A stretch of 64,000 nucleotides of DNA, taken from an uncultured bacterium (GTDB lineage: Bacteria; Planctomycetota; UBA1135; GCA-002686595). The notes beneath the pieces are model-generated. The model was not told the origin of the DNA, searched no databases, and saw only the letters and a program-made list of their open reading frames with translations. Location of the stretch: the NCBI GenBank assembly GCA_943787795.1, contig CALSNU010000001.1, positions 1,376,001-1,440,000 of the forward strand. Reading direction: 5' to 3'. Of the stretch, positions 18,339 to 28,823 are shown one piece after another; position 1 is the first letter of the stretch; each line of letters begins with the position of its first letter. Both the position numbers and the translations under genes were made by a program.

Positions 18339-19457
18339 GTGAAGATTGGCGTCGTCAAGGAGATCAAGAACCACGAGTACCGCGTGGCCCTTCGCCCCTC
18401 GGGAGCCGAGCAGCTCATCGCGGACGGCCACGAGGTCATGGTGGAGACCCTGGCAGGGAAGGGCACCAGCCTCGGCGACGACCTGTACGAGGGCGTCGGA
18501 TGCAGCATTGGCGCCTCGGCGGCCGAGGTCTGGGCGAGCTGCGACATGATCATGAAGGTCAAGGAGCCCCTCGCCTCCGAGTGGCCGCACATGCGGGCGG
18601 GACAGACCGTCTTCACCTACTTTCACCTGGCTGCGGATCGGGAGCTCACGGATGGCATCCTCGCCACCGGCGCCCACTGCTTCGCCTACGAGACCCTCGA
18701 GGTCGGGGGCAAGCTGCCCCTGCTCGAGCCCATGAGCGAGGTGGCCGGAAGGCTGTCGATTCAGGCCGGGGCCAAGTACCTGGAGAAGCCGGCCGGTGGA
18801 GTGGGACAGCTCCTGGGCGGCGTCCCAGGCGTGGCGCCTGCGGAGGTCGTGGTCATCGGCGGCGGCGTCGTCGGGACGAATGCAGCGCGCATGGCGGCCG
18901 GCCTGGGGGCCAACGTGACCGTGCTGGACGTCAACCACGAGCGGATGCGATACCTGGACGAGATCCTCCCGGCAAACTGCATGACGATCTACTCGAACCC
19001 CATGAGCGTTCGGGAGAAGCTCGAGGCCGCGGACCTCGTGGTCGGGGCGGTCCTGGTGCCCGGCGCAGCGGCCCCCAAGCTCATCAAGCGCGAGCACCTG
19101 GCGTTCATGAAGGAGGGCAGCGTCATCGCGGACGTCGCGGTGGACCAGGGAGGTTGCTGTGAGACGACGCGCCCCACCACCCACGAGGAGCCCACCTTCG
19201 TCGTGGACGGGGTCGTTCATTACTGCGTGGCGAACATGCCAGGCGCCGTGCCCCGTACGAGCACCTTTGCCCTCACCAACTCGACCCTCTCGTGGGCCCG
19301 CCGCCTCGCGCGGCTCGGTCCGAAGCAGGCGATCATCGGTGACGCCGGGCTCGCGTCGGCCGCCAACACCGTCGGCGGCAAGCTGACCTGTGAGCCGGTG
19401 GCCCAGGCCTTCGGCATGGAGTTCATCGCTCCCGTGACGGCCGCGAACAGCCTCTGA
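18339..19457 (+). CDS. ald: Alanine dehydrogenase
   Basis: [49 protein letters not shown]. Confidence 0.96.
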   Translation: MKIGVVKEIKNHEYRVALRPSGAEQLIADGHEVMVETLAGKGTSLGDDLYEGVGCSIGASAAEVWASCDMIMKVKEPLASEWPHMRAGQTVFTYFHLAADRELTDGILATGAHCFAYETLEVGGKLPLLEPMSEVAGRLSIQAGAKYLEKPAGGVGQLLGGVPGVAPAEVVVIGGGVVGTNAARMAAGLGANVTVLDVNHERMRYLDEILPANCMTIYSNPMSVREKLEAADLVVGAVLVPGAAAPKLIKREHLAFMKEGSVIADVAVDQGGCCETTRPTTHEEPTFVVDGVVHYCVANMPGAVPRTSTFALTNSTLSWARRLARLGPKQAIIGDAGLASAANTVGGKLTCEPVAQAFGMEFIAPVTAANSL

Positions 19458-19469
19458 TCGGGCCCCCCC

Positions 19470-20360
19470 GTGCTCCCCATTTTCTACGCGACCATGCCCG
19501 AGGCGGCCGCCGCGGGGCGCGCTGCAGGGCAGGCAGTGCAGGAGGCTGCGGGCCTGTCGGAGGGCGACGTCTGGAGCGTCTTCTTCCTCGCGATCATTCA
19601 GGGGCTGACGGAGTTCCTGCCGGTGAGCAGTTCGGGTCACCTGGTCCTCGGGAAATCGGTGATCGGCCTCGAGACCGGTGGGATCGCGCTCGACGTCGCC
19701 CTCCACGTGGGCACCCTGGGCGCGATCGTCTGGGCCTTCCGGAAGGACGTCCTCGCCCTGTTGCGAGACCCGTTTGAGGGGCGCTACATGAGCTGGGTCT
19801 GGCTCGTGGTGGCGACGTTGCCGGTGGCGATCATCGGGCTCGTCTTCAAGGACTCCATCACCGCCGCCGCCGGGACGGCTGTGGCGGCGGGCTGCGGGCT
19901 GCTGGTCACCTCCGTGGCGCTGCTGGTGGGCGAGTTTAGCCGGCGCCGTTTCGATGCGCCCGCCTCGCCCCCTGACGAGCCGCCGGTCTTTCGTATGCGT
20001 GACGCCGTAGTGATGGGATTCGCCCAGGCGGCGGCCATCTGGCCCGGCGTCTCGCGGTCGGGGTCCACCATCTCGGCGGGCCTCGTGCGAGGGCTCTCGG
20101 CGGAGGACGCGGCGCGGCTCTCCTTCCTCATGAGCATCCCCGCCATCTCCGGCGCCGCCATTGTCGAGCTGCCTGGCGCCCTCGAGGAGGGCTTCGGCAG
20201 CCTCAACGGCGTCGTGGTGCTTGGAGCCGCCGTGCTGGCTGGGCTGGTGGGGTGGAGTGCGCTCCGGACGCTGCTCCTCGTCCTCCGCAAGGGCTCCTTC
20301 CCCTACTTCGCGGCCTACTGCGCGCTCGTCGGCACCGCAGCGCTGATCCTCTCCTGGTGA
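19470..20360 (+). CDS. uppP: Undecaprenyl-diphosphate phosphatase (start may be ATG 19494)
   Basis: QGLTEFLPVSSSGHL and PGVSRSGSTI signature motifs. Confidence 0.93.
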   Translation: MLPIFYATMPEAAAAGRAAGQAVQEAAGLSEGDVWSVFFLAIIQGLTEFLPVSSSGHLVLGKSVIGLETGGIALDVALHVGTLGAIVWAFRKDVLALLRDPFEGRYMSWVWLVVATLPVAIIGLVFKDSITAAAGTAVAAGCGLLVTSVALLVGEFSRRRFDAPASPPDEPPVFRMRDAVVMGFAQAAAIWPGVSRSGSTISAGLVRGLSAEDAARLSFLMSIPAISGAAIVELPGALEEGFGSLNGVVVLGAAVLAGLVGWSALRTLLLVLRKGSFPYFAAYCALVGTAALILSW

Positions 20361-20377
20361 CGGGGTAGTCTGGCGCC

Positions 20378-22119
20378 ATGCGCCAACCCACGCCCCGCCA
20401 CCTCGCCCCCTCGCTCGTCGCCGCCCTGTTGCTCTCCGCGTCCCTGGGGGCCGCTCCCCAGGAAGAGGAGGCCCCGGCAGCGGACGCCACCGCCGTCTCC
20501 GCGGCGGGATCCCTGATCGGGCTCGAGTGGACCGAGGCGGAGGTCGAGCAGATGCTCGGCACGATCCGCGAGCGGAAGGCTGAGTACGAGCGCCTGCGAG
20601 GCCGATCGATGGCGAACAGCGTCTTTCCCGCGCCCATGGGGACTCCGTTCGTCCCGGGGGTGGAGCCCGCCCAGGCTCAGCTCGCAGGTCGCCCCCCTGC
20701 ACAGCCCGAGGTCACGCGGCCGGATGACCTGGAGGAGGTCTGCTTCTGGAGCATCCCCGAGCTGGCGGCGCTGCTCCGCCAGGGGGGCGTCACCTCGGTG
20801 GAGCTCACCCGGATGTACCTGGATCGGCTGAGCCGACTCGACGGACACCTGCACTGCGTGATCTCGCTGCTGCCCGAGCGAGCGCTTGCCCAGGCCGCCG
20901 CACGGGACGCGGAGCTCGAGGAGGGCATCGACCGGGGGCTCCTCCACGGCCTGCCCTGGGGGGTGAAGGACCTCATGGCCGTGGAGGGGACCCGCACCAC
21001 ATGGGGGGCCGAGCCGTACAGGGATCAGGTGTTGGAGGGGACCGCGACGGTGGTCCGTCGGCTCGACGACGCGGGCGCCGTCCTCATCGCCAAGCTGACC
21101 CTGGGGGCCCTCGCCATGGGGGACGTCTGGTACGGGGAGCGGACGCGCAGCCCGTGGGACCTGGACCGTGGCTCCAGCGGATCCTCGGCGGGCTCGGCTT
21201 CGGCCACGGCCGCGGGGGGCGTCGCGTTCTCCATCGGGACCGAGACCCTCGGGTCCATCGTCTCGCCTTCGGTGGCCTGCGCCACCAGCAGCCTGCGGCC
21301 CACCGTGGGGCGCGTGCCCCGGACGGGGGCCATGGCGCTCTCCTGGACCATGGACAAGGTGGGCCCGATCACGCGCACCGTGGGGGACGCCGACCTGGTC
21401 TTCCGCGCGATCGCGGGGCGAGATCCCGCCGATCCCTACTCCCGGGACGGGCGCGTGCCCGTTCAAGGGGTGCAGGAGGAGGGGCTGCGGATCGGCGTGC
21501 CCGAGGGCGCCTTCGCCCGAGCGGGCCGGCGTCGAGGAGATCCTGGAGGAGCTCGAGGCCGCGGGCCATGAGCTGGTGCCGGTCAAGCTCCCCGCCTATC
21601 CCGTCCGCGCCATGCTCGTCATCCTTCACGCCGAGTCGGCGGCCGCCTTCGACGAGCTCACCCGGAGCGGGGGCGACGACCTCCTCCGCCGACAGGGGGC
21701 CTCGGCCTGGCCCAACTCCTTTCGCGCGGCCCAGTTGATCCCGGCGGTGGCCTACGTCCAGGCCCAACGGCTGCGGGTCGCTGCTGATGGCGGACATGGC
21801 GGAGGCCATGGCGGACGTCGACCTGATGGTGCACGCGCCCTACGCCAGCGGGGTCCTGACGATCACGAACCTGACCGGGCACCCGACCGTGTCGGCCCCC
21901 TTCGTGCCCGCCGCCGGACCCCGCGGGGACGGGGCGCCCCGGACGGTGTGCTTCACGGGGCGCCCCGATCAGGACGAGGCGCTGCTGGCCGCGGTGTCGG
22001 CCTGGCAGCGAGCCCACCCCGAGCACGTGCTCCAGCCGCCCCTGCCGTGGCTCGACGGAGCCGGCCCCGGCGCAGCGAAAGATCGGGAATCGAAGGACGG
22101 CGGGGGCGCGGGCCGTTGA
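20378..22119 (+). CDS. Secreted amidase-signature (GatA-like) enzyme, interrupted by two +1 frameshifts
   Basis: GVKDL, GSSGSSAGS, IGTETLGSIVSPS. The protein continues across frames at ~21520 and ~21775 to end at TITNLTGHP...; probably an intact gene with sequence errors. Confidence 0.8.
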
Positions 22120-22143
22120 CTCCCCGTGGGGGCGCCGCAGACT
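22116..22143 (+). promoter_or_regulatory. Sigma70-like promoter, probably giving a leaderless mRNA
   Basis: TTGACT-16 bp-CAGACT, ATG 7 nt downstream. Confidence 0.5.
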
Positions 22144-22150
22144 GGTCAGC

Positions 22151-22699
22151 ATGAGCCAGATTCCTGCCAGCGGCCGCTTCGGTGAGGCGCCCATCATGAC
22201 CGTCGAGGAGTTCGCGGCGATCCGCCCCGAACTTGAGGGGAAGATCGTGGCCACCTCCGGCGGCTTCGACCCGATCCACCCCGGCCACGCGAGCGTCCTG
22301 CTCGCGTCCAAGTCCCACGTCGAGTCCGAGACCGGTGAGCGGCCGGACCTCCTCGTCGTCATCGTCAACGGAGACGGGTTCCTCCGGAACAAGAAGGGGG
22401 CCGAATTCCAGGACCTCTCCACCCGCGCGCGGGTCGTGGCCTGCCTGCGCGAGGTTGACGTGGTCGTGACCTACGAGACCGACAAGGAGATGTCGGTGGA
22501 GGGCGCCCTCGCTGGCATCCGCCCGCACTTCTTCACGAAGGGCGGGGACCGCACCGGCGCGGACAACATCGCCGAGTGGGGCCTCTGCCAGGAGATCGGC
22601 TGCCAGATCGTCACCGGCTGTGGCGTCGACAAGGAGTGGTCCTCCTCGGATCTGCTCGGGCGTTGGGCTCAGCTTGTGAGGGACGGCGCGGTCAGCTGA
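22151..22699 (+). CDS. HIGH-family cytidylyl/adenylyltransferase (TagD/RfaE2-like)
   Basis: SGGFDPIHPGH, VIVNGD, KGGDR, SSS motifs. Confidence 0.85.
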   Translation: MSQIPASGRFGEAPIMTVEEFAAIRPELEGKIVATSGGFDPIHPGHASVLLASKSHVESETGERPDLLVVIVNGDGFLRNKKGAEFQDLSTRARVVACLREVDVVVTYETDKEMSVEGALAGIRPHFFTKGGDRTGADNIAEWGLCQEIGCQIVTGCGVDKEWSSSDLLGRWAQLVRDGAVS

Positions 22700-22712
22700 C
22701 CGAGCTCTAATC

Positions 22713-23865
22713 TTGCGCGCCCGACCCACAGGGCCGGCTCGATCGGGAGGGTCCCTCGCGCCGCTTCTGGACTATCGGCCCGCGTTGGTCGGGGGGCAGG
22801 GCGTCGGCCGATACGTTCGGGAGCTTGCGCGGGCGCTCGCGGCCGAGGAGGGCATCGAGCCTCGGCTGTTCGCGCCCACCCGCCAGGGCGCGTCGCGGAG
22901 CGCTCCGGAGGGCGCGCGGCTGTTCGCTCCCCGGCTCCCCTCGAAGCCGATCACCGCGCTCCTGAGCGCCACGGGGCTGGGAGTTGAGCGGCTGGTTGGA
23001 GGGGCGGATCTGGTGCATCACACCCAGTACCGCAGGCTCCCCACCGGGGCCCCCGAGGTCGCGATGATTCACGACCTCGTGTTCCTCGACTCGGACCGCT
23101 ATGTGAGTTCCCGCGTCTCGACGCGCATGAGCGGCTTCGTGCGCGACGCAGCGAGGCGATGCTCGATCCTCCTGACCCCGTCCGAAACCGTGGCCGATGA
23201 GGTGGCGGGACGCCTGGGGGTCGAGCGGAGCCGGGTCGTCGCGACCCCCGCTCGGGGTCGATCACGCGCTGCGCACAGTCGCCGACCAGGGGGTGGCCGC
23301 GGAGCTCGCGGCCGAGGTCCGGGGCGCGGGCCCGTTTCTCTTCACGGCGGCGCGCATTGAGACGCGCAAGAACCTCGGGATCATCCTTCGCGCGCTGGAG
23401 AGGCTCGGGCCAGAGGCGCCGAGGTGGAAGATCGCCGGCATCGCCGGCGAGGGAGCCGGGGCCTTCGAGGCTGACGTCGCGGCGTCGACGGTCTCGGGGC
23501 GCGTGGAGCAGCTCGGACACCTCACGGAGGGGGCGCTTCGGGCCCACCTCGACGCCTGCCTGGCGTTCGTGCTGGTGCCCCATGACGAGGGGTTCGGTCT
23601 GGCTCCGCTCGAGGCCATGGCGATTGGGTGTCGCGCGATCTCGAGCGATGTGCCCGTGGTCCGCGAGGTGTGCGGCGGTGCGGCCGAGCTGGTGGACCCC
23701 GAGGATGAGTCGGCTCTGGCGGCAGCCATCGGGCGGCTCCTTGAGGAGCCGCAGTCCGAAGGGGCAGCGAGCTCAGCGGCGGCGCACGCCGCGCGCTTCA
23801 CGTGGGCCAGAACCGCGGCGCGGACCGTCGAGGCCTACCGGCTCGCCTTGCGCGATGGAGCCTGA
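22713..23865 (+). CDS. GT4 glycosyltransferase with one +1 frameshift at C5 run 23245-23249
   Basis: GVGRY, IHDL, TPSE in the first frame; (P)LGVDH, IETRKNL, EGFGLAPLEAM in the second. Confidence 0.8.
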
Positions 23866-24479
23866 AGCTCGCCGTCGCGGTAGATGCCGGTTCGTGCGGT
23901 GTCCACGGACTGACCGTCGGGCAGGAAGTAGGTGGTCGGACCGGTGAGCTCCCCGTCCACAAACGTGGCCTTGCGGAGCAGCGTCCCGTCGCTCCGCCGC
24001 GAGGTCCATTGGCCAGAGCGCCGGCCATCGGTGTACGTACCCGAATCCTGAGGGGCCCCGTTCGCGAAGAAGGTGTCCCAGCGCCCCGAGCGCTTGCCCG
24101 CCACGAAGCTGCCCTTCCCCCGGGCGCCGTCCTCGTAGGTCTGGATCCACGGTCCATCCTCGAGCCCCATCTTGTAGGACCCCTCCGAGATGACCTCGCC
24201 TCGCTCGTTCCTGAAGGTGAAGGGGCCGTGCTTGCGCCACTCCCCGTCCACGAATTCCTCCACGCCCTCGGCCGTCAGCACGTTGTTCTTTCCGCGCTGA
24301 CTCAGGGGGCGCTGCGTGCCCTCCTCGACGCTGGAGCCGAAGCAGCCAGGGAGCCCCGCGCAGGCGAGGACGGCGAGGAGGGCGGCGGCGCTCCTCGCCG
24401 CGAGCTCGCACCAGACGCCGAGCCAGCACCGCGGCGCCGGAGGAGCAGGGCGTGTGGGAGTTAGCCGCGGGTGAACCAT
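23835..24479 (-). CDS. YwqK/MORN-variant repeat lipoprotein
   Basis: LPGC lipobox-like site; repeated G.Y..G...G.W..(Y/F)..NG units. Confidence 0.75.
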   Translation of the reverse strand: MVHPRLTPTRPAPPAPRCWLGVWCELAARSAAALLAVLACAGLPGCFGSSVEEGTQRPLSQRGKNNVLTAEGVEEFVDGEWRKHGPFTFRNERGEVISEGSYKMGLEDGPWIQTYEDGARGKGSFVAGKRSGRWDTFFANGAPQDSGTYTDGRRSGQWTSRRSDGTLLRKATFVDGELTGPTTYFLPDGQSVDTARTGIYRDGELQAPSRKASR

Positions 24480-25495
24480 GGCATCAGGTGACGGCCAGGA
24501 CAGGCCGTCTCTTTCCAGGCCCTGTGGGGCCGGACATTGAGCCGCGGGATCCCGAGCTTCTGCTGGAGCTCGAGCACGAGGCGGTCGAGGCTCGCGATCG
24601 AGGCCCGGGAGGGCTGGTCCTCATCGAAGTTGCCCAGCAAGCAGATCCCGACGTTCCCGATGTTGTTCTGTCCGCCGGCGTGGGCGCCTTGCCAGGTGAG
24701 CTCGCGGCCCTCGATGACTCGCCCCGCAGGGTCGATCAAGAAGTGATAGCCGATGTCGCCCCAGCCCTTGCTGTCCATGTGGTCGCGTTGGATGCCGCGG
24801 ACGGTGTCGAATGACGCGGCGGCGGAGGTGTCCTCGGTGCGCACGACCGAGTGGTGCACGGTGATCCAGCGCCAGGGGGCGCTGGCCCGGCTGAGGTCCG
24901 CGCGGTTCGCGCGCCGCGCCCTCCAGGAAGGCCGGCGGATCAAACCGCCGACGTTGGCCACGGCGGCGGGGCCGCCGCCCGTGGGTTCGGTCCCGACCCG
25001 CTGGGCGCCGCTTCGCGCCCGTGTCCGCTGATCGGCGGTCGCGGTCGAGTCGCTGAGCACCCGCTCGAAGCCCGCGAGCGCCTCGCGTCGACGCAGGGCG
25101 AGGTAGGACGCTGGCGTATTCGGGTCACGGAGCTCTCCGGCGTAGGCCAGCCGGCCCTCGGCGATCTGAAGCTCCGCTTCCACGGCCCAGTATCCCCGAC
25201 GGTTGGGGCGGTCCGCGATCCAGCGCTCGATCTCGGTGAGCTTGCCCCAGGAGGTCGGGAGCATGGACCAGGTCGGGGCGGGCCCGGCCGAGGCCGGGAT
25301 CTGTTGGCTCCTCGCGCTCACGTCCGGGCTCTTCATGGGCGTGGAGCGACGGGTGACCCCGCCGCAGCCCGCGAGCATGAGCAGCGCAACCGCCAGGGCG
25401 CCCATGCGGCCCCCCGGTCCTCCCACTGCACGCCCACCAGGTGCGTTCACCGGGGCCTCGACCCCTGTGACGATTCCGCGCATTCGTCCCACCAT
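24461..25495 (-). CDS. PGRP-like N-acetylmuramoyl-L-alanine amidase (Amidase_2), probable lipoprotein; start uncertain (25495 or 25405)
   Basis: LAGC lipobox; ITVHHS, GWGDIGYHFLI, GAH, PHR...TACPG (zinc ligands present). Confidence 0.85.
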   Translation of the reverse strand: MVGRMRGIVTGVEAPVNAPGGRAVGGPGGRMGALAVALLMLAGCGGVTRRSTPMKSPDVSARSQQIPASAGPAPTWSMLPTSWGKLTEIERWIADRPNRRGYWAVEAELQIAEGRLAYAGELRDPNTPASYLALRRREALAGFERVLSDSTATADQRTRARSGAQRVGTEPTGGGPAAVANVGGLIRRPSWRARRANRADLSRASAPWRWITVHHSVVRTEDTSAAASFDTVRGIQRDHMDSKGWGDIGYHFLIDPAGRVIEGRELTWQGAHAGGQNNIGNVGICLLGNFDEDQPSRASIASLDRLVLELQQKLGIPRLNVRPHRAWKETACPGRHLMPWFTRG

Positions 25496-25637
25496 GCCCC
25501 CTGGATAGCGGAGAGCGGGGGGCCAATTCAACGGATGGGGGCGGAACCTCGCGGACAAATGAAAGACGTTTGGCAGACGGGGCGGATCCGGCGGTCCCCG
25601 GGTTGGACGGCGCCCGGGAGCATGCGATCCTCTTTTC

Positions 25638-28600
25638 ATGCTCCGAAGCTCTCTCTTCTTCACGCGCTCACTGTGCCTCACGGCGCTTGTCGCAGCGTCC
25701 GCGCCCGCTTCGGCCGCCTCGGTTCGGTCCGCTCCCTGGATGCCCGCGGCTCCCCGGATGGCCGCGGCGTTGGCTGGATCGCCGGCCACTCCGCCGGCCA
25801 CTCCGCCGGCCACACTGCCGGCGACGGCCCAAGAGGATGTCGAAGACCTCGAGGCCCTCATCGCGGCCGAGCGGGCTGAGGCGGACTTGCTCCGCCGGCG
25901 TGGCCGGCTTACCGAGGCCCTCAAGGTCACCGACGAGCTGCTCGACGAGGACGAGGAGGACTCGCTGACCCTGGCGGTGCGCGGGCGCATTCGCCTCGAC
26001 CGGGGGGAGATCGGGCGCGCAGAGCGGACGGCCTCGGAGGCCCTGGAGCTGGCCGAGACGAACGAGGAGCGTGCCGCGGCGGGCCACGTGCTGGCGGAGG
26101 TCCTCCTCAGGACAGGACGGGCCTCTCAGGTGCTCTCGACCCTCGAGGAGGTCGCCGGGAACTCGTCCTTCCTGGCGCCGGGCGAGCGAGCGCAGGACGC
26201 CTGGCTGCTGGCCTCCCTGCGCGACGGGCTCGGGGATCGCGCGGGGGCCGAGCGCATGGCGCGCAGCGGGGCGGCCACCGACCCTGAGGCCTCGGATTGG
26301 CATGGGCTGCTGGCTCGCGCGAGGTGCCAGCGACGGGCGGGGATGCTGGAGGCAGCGTCCCGCACCCTGGTGGCGGCGGACCGCGCCTCGCGCATGGGCC
26401 CTGGCGAGGAGCCCGACGTGCTCGTCGAGCTCGCGGACCTGTACTTCGAGAGCGAGCGGGAGGTCGAGGCGCCCGGCAAGCGCTCCGCCGGCCGGCTGTA
26501 TCGCGACGCCCTTGAGATTCACCCGACCCACGAGCGGGCGCTGCTGGGGCAGTTTGCGCTGCACCGCTTCAATCGCCGGCGCATGAGCAAGTCACCGGAG
26601 TCGATCCTGGGAACGCTGCTGACGGCGATCCCGGACTCCATCGACGGACTTGTGGCGCGGGCCGCTTCCGACCTCGAGGACGGCAAGCTCGTGGAGGTGC
26701 GGGCATCCCTCGCCCGGCTCGACGAGCTCGCGCCAGGACGCCGCGATGTGCAGACCCTGCACGCCGCCTTGTCCTGGGTCGAGCATGACCGCGTGCGGAC
26801 GGCGGAGATCCTCGAGGGCCTCCTGCGGGACGCGCCCCTCGACGGCCGCCCAGAACGCGAGATCGGGGGCCACCTCAGCGAGCTCTACCGCTTCGCCGAG
26901 GCGGTCGACTTCCTCCGCGCGGCGGTGGAGCGGGACCCGGGGGACTACGAGGCCTGGACCCTGCTCGGAGAGTGCCTCGCGAACTCCGGTGATGAGAAGG
27001 GCGGGCTCGAAGCCCTGACTCGGGCCACGGAGGCCGCGCGGGGGCGTCGCGATGCGTACCGCCGAAATCTGACCCTCGTGCTGGAGCGCATGCAGCGGGC
27101 GTACGTCACCGAGTCGTACGGCTCCCTGAGCTTCTCCTGGCGACCCGACGCGGCCGAGGTGCTGCGCACGTATCTCGTGCCGTACTACCAGCAGGCTCGG
27201 GAGGAGCTGAGCAAGCGCTACGGCTTCACGCCTGGCGCGACGACGATCTCCGTCTTCCGGCGGCACCGGGACTTCTCCGTGCGATCGGTGGGCTTCGAGG
27301 GCTTCCCCGCGCTCGGGGTCTGCTTCGGCCCGGTGGTGACCGCGGTCTCTCCGCTCTCTCGCCTGCGGGGCAGCTTCTCCTGGGCGCGGACCGGCTTCCA
27401 CGAGTTCAGCCACGTGGTCCACCTCGGGCTCTCCAACAACCGTTGCCCGCGCTGGATCACCGAGGGGCTCGCCACGTGGGAGGAGATCGAGAAGAACCCG
27501 ACCTGGTCCCGCAACATGCGGCGCGACCTCCTGGACGCGAAGGCGAACGGGGATCTGATTCCCCTGCGCGAGCTCAACCGCGCCTTCAGGGGCCCCCGGA
27601 TTCTCTTCGGCTACTACCAGGGTGGGCTCCTTTGCGAGATGCTCATCGACGAGCACGGCTTCCCGCCCATGGTGGCGCTGCTGCGCGCGTTTGACCTCGG
27701 CGCGGACCTGGACCAGGCGTTCCGCTCGGTCTTTGACGTCACCCCCGAGGAGGTGGACGCGTCCTTCCTGCGCTTTGTCGACGGGAAGCTCGCTGGACTC
27801 CAGATCGAGCCTCGCTGGGCGGATCGAACCCTGCGCCGCCTCCAGCTTCGGATGGCCACCGTCCCGCCTGACGGGGCCCGCGAGCGCGCCCAATGGGCAG
27901 AGGACTGGACCACGGTCGCCTGGGGATCCCTCCAGCAGGGTCGGGCCATCGACGCGGAGCGTGCGCTCGAGGTGCTTGAGGAGGCTGGCGAAGACGGGCC
28001 GCGCATCCTGTTCCTGCTCGGGCAAATGGCCGTGTCTCGGGGCAGCATGGCCCGGGCGCGCCGGGTCTGGGAGCGCGCGGTCGAAGAGGGGGGCCGGGAG
28101 TACCGCTCGCTCCTCGCCCTCTCCCAGCTTCAGCTCGGCGGCGTCGGCGGTCCCCGGGACGCGGACGCGGCGGAGACGAGCCTGCGGCTCGCCATCGAGG
28201 CCTTCCCTGGCTTCGGCGAGGGCTCGGGCTCGGGGGAGAAGATGCTCGCGGAGCTGCTCCGTGTGAACGGTGACCCCGACGGCGCCATGGAGCTCATGGA
28301 GGAGTGGGCCCGCTGGAACGCGGGCGACTACGACGTCCGCATGGAGGTCGCCGCGTGGCACCTGGAGAACGACCGAGACGAGGCTGCCGTACGCCTCTTC
28401 GAGGAGGCCAACGAGGTGGACATGTTCCGCCGCGACCTGCACCTGTCCTGGGCCCAGGCCCTTGAGCGCCTCGGGCGCATGGATGAGGCCGCTCGGGAAT
28501 ACAGCGTGACCCTCGCCGTCCCCCCCGCGTTTGACCCCGACCACCTCACCTACGTTGGCCCACCGGGGAACCTCCCGCCCGGAGCGGACCCCTCGAACCT

Positions 28601-28775
28601 CCCCGCCGGGCTGCTCGGCCAGATCCCGGAGGAGCTCCTGGAGGCCACCGCCCTCACCACGGACGAGCAGCTGGAGATCCTGGACTCCGTGGTTCGCTGC
28701 GCCGAGGCCGCCGGCGACGAGGCGCGCGCGAAAGAGGCCATGGCGAGGGCGGACGAGCTGCGCTCCGGCGGCTGA
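25638..28775 (+). CDS. Secreted TPR-repeat protein with central peptidase MA (gluzincin) domain
   Basis: Signal peptide; TPR-like helical repeats; HEFSH followed by PRWITEGLA. Confidence 0.85.
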   Translation: MLRSSLFFTRSLCLTALVAASAPASAASVRSAPWMPAAPRMAAALAGSPATPPATPPATLPATAQEDVEDLEALIAAERAEADLLRRRGRLTEALKVTDELLDEDEEDSLTLAVRGRIRLDRGEIGRAERTASEALELAETNEERAAAGHVLAEVLLRTGRASQVLSTLEEVAGNSSFLAPGERAQDAWLLASLRDGLGDRAGAERMARSGAATDPEASDWHGLLARARCQRRAGMLEAASRTLVAADRASRMGPGEEPDVLVELADLYFESEREVEAPGKRSAGRLYRDALEIHPTHERALLGQFALHRFNRRRMSKSPESILGTLLTAIPDSIDGLVARAASDLEDGKLVEVRASLARLDELAPGRRDVQTLHAALSWVEHDRVRTAEILEGLLRDAPLDGRPEREIGGHLSELYRFAEAVDFLRAAVERDPGDYEAWTLLGECLANSGDEKGGLEALTRATEAARGRRDAYRRNLTLVLERMQRAYVTESYGSLSFSWRPDAAEVLRTYLVPYYQQAREELSKRYGFTPGATTISVFRRHRDFSVRSVGFEGFPALGVCFGPVVTAVSPLSRLRGSFSWARTGFHEFSHVVHLGLSNNRCPRWITEGLATWEEIEKNPTWSRNMRRDLLDAKANGDLIPLRELNRAFRGPRILFGYYQGGLLCEMLIDEHGFPPMVALLRAFDLGADLDQAFRSVFDVTPEEVDASFLRFVDGKLAGLQIEPRWADRTLRRLQLRMATVPPDGARERAQWAEDWTTVAWGSLQQGRAIDAERALEVLEEAGEDGPRILFLLGQMAVSRGSMARARRVWERAVEEGGREYRSLLALSQLQLGGVGGPRDADAAETSLRLAIEAFPGFGEGSGSGEKMLAELLRVNGDPDGAMELMEEWARWNAGDYDVRMEVAAWHLENDRDEAAVRLFEEANEVDMFRRDLHLSWAQALERLGRMDEAAREYSVTLAVPPAFDPDHLTYVGPPGNLPPGADPSNLPAGLLGQIPEELLEATALTTDEQLEILDSVVRCAEAAGDEARAKEAMARADELRSGG

Positions 28776-28823
28776 TGCCGGCCCGTCCGGGACCCAGCCG
28801 CGTCCAGGGGCTAGGATCTGCCC

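Noticed and set aside
20378..23865. Programmed ribosomal frameshifting in the amidase or GT4 genes
   Set aside because: No slippery heptamer or stimulatory structure is evident; the indels sit at short homopolymers, as elsewhere in the window, which fits sequencing error.
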